Shown: in pieces, positions 62,914 through 64,000 of the stretch
Position numbering within the stretch: position 1 is the stretch's first letter
Layout of the letters: each line of letters starts with the position of its first letter
Made by a program: the position numbers and the translations under genes
IMG/VR virus record: IMGVR_UViG_2901040167_000002
Location: 5,147 to 69,146 of that record
Direction: 5' to 3' (one strand)
DNA: 64,000 nt
From: a virus
Lineage: Duplodnaviria; Caudoviricetes
The notes under the pieces: generated by a model
What the model was told of the DNA's origin: nothing
The model's database searches: none
What the model saw: only the letters and a program-made list of their open reading frames with translations

Positions 62914-63690
62914 TTACTTAAATATTTTTTTAAACCAAGATTTTTTATTAGTACTTTCTTCTTTACGTTCTTCCATTAATCTTTTTAAATTATCACATAA
63001 CTCTATTTCACGTTTTGAATCTTCACGCTGTATAGATAAAATCTCATCTAATTTTTGTGATTGTTCTTTTGAAGACTCTTGTATTCTATTTTCTACAGAT
63101 TGAGATAAATCTTCAAGTTTTCCTTTTATATTATCAGTGAGTGCTTGATCTACAGTTATAGCTATTTCTTGTTTAAGTATTTGATTTACTTCTTTTTGCT
63201 GTAAAATTAATTCATTATTCTTTTCTTCCATAGCTAGTAAAACTTTTTCTACTACTCTATTTTCAAAGTTAGCTAATTTATTTTCCATTTCTTGAGTTAA
63301 GCCTGATATAAAAGCTTGTAGAGCTAATGGATTATCTGTTTGTAATTCTTTAGTATTAGCATTAAACCCATTGACAGTTGTATAGTCTTTAGCTTGTTGT
63401 AATGTCATACCATCTTTTTCAATTAATTTTTTCATATACTTAAGTTTTTCAATGTTATCAGATGTATATGATCTGTTTTTGTTTGTATATTCTACCTTTA
63501 TCATATCATTACCATTGCTATCTAAAGCAAAGAAATTAGTCCAATATCTAAGCTTAGAATCACTTAAATTAAGCATTTTAGCTACTTGACCAGTTGTATA
63601 ATATACTTTACTTTTATCAAGTTCATCTGTAATTATCTTTATATTCTCATCTGTATAATCAACGTCTATAAATTTTTCCTTATTATTCAA
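62914..63690 (-). CDS. MerR-HTH/coiled-coil protein with amphipathic C-terminus (TubY/RacA-like partition factor)
   Basis: YYTTGQVAKMLNLSDSKLRYW, long coiled coil, KKSWFKKIFK end. Confidence 0.75.
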   Translation of the reverse strand: MNNKEKFIDVDYTDENIKIITDELDKSKVYYTTGQVAKMLNLSDSKLRYWTNFFALDSNGNDMIKVEYTNKNRSYTSDNIEKLKYMKKLIEKDGMTLQQAKDYTTVNGFNANTKELQTDNPLALQAFISGLTQEMENKLANFENRVVEKVLLAMEEKNNELILQQKEVNQILKQEIAITVDQALTDNIKGKLEDLSQSVENRIQESSKEQSQKLDEILSIQREDSKREIELCDNLKRLMEERKEESTNKKSWFKKIFK

Positions 63691-63729
63691 GTTAAATCAC
63701 TCCTTCTTTAATGTAAAGCTACATAATGA

Positions 63730-64000
63730 TTTAATATTATTAAAGTTAAAGTATCATATAACTTTAATGTTGTCAAATATTAGGTTAAACATAAACTTAA
63801 CTTTAAGTATTGTTAGGTTTAATAAAGGTTAGGTTTAGAATATAAAATGTTTAAGTTGAGCTTAAGGTTAAATTACTTAATCTTTAACGTAGCTTTACTT
63901 AAATTAATGAATAATATAGTACAATAAGATACAAATTAAGTACAATATAATACCTATATACTACAGTTAAAAATAAAATATGTACAATACAGTACAATAA
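63730..64000. repeat. Short phased repeats (AGGTTAA-like and GTACAATA), centromere/operator-like
   Basis: Several A(A/G)GTT(A/T)A units at 63740-63870; GTACAATA at 63919, 63940, 63982, 63992. Confidence 0.55.

Overview
AT-rich, Clostridium-like segment of a large SPbeta-type siphophage that appears to replicate as a plasmid (phage-plasmid); almost all genes are on the minus strand. Reading right to left: a MerR-HTH/coiled-coil partition-type gene and an iteron-flanked RepA initiator (61-64 kb); antirepressor-like genes, a GIY-YIG endonuclease, a YonO-like single-subunit RNA polymerase, HU, tRNA-Asn and a metallophosphoesterase (48-60 kb); terminase, portal, ClpP protease/scaffold, capsid, neck and tail tube (36.5-48 kb); a ~16 kb accessory island (20.7-36.4 kb) of promoter-gene-terminator cassettes (HEPN-like + KGGVGR ParA-like pair, two small-protein/GNAT pairs, KAP NTPase, membrane/lipoproteins, XRE switch, several non-coding RNA cassettes); a tape-measure gene split by two group I introns, one carrying an endonuclease; then distal tail, tail-tip and fibre genes running off the left edge. 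Most notable: (i) a promoter-driven, toxin-less array of three 40-42 nt H-type pseudoknots with shared linkers but different, co-varying stems, resembling type III antitoxin decoys, next to other orphan RNA cassettes; (ii) a tape-measure intron whose in-frame splicing appears to need one non-canonical splice site. All family assignments come from motifs and synteny read by eye, not from database searches.
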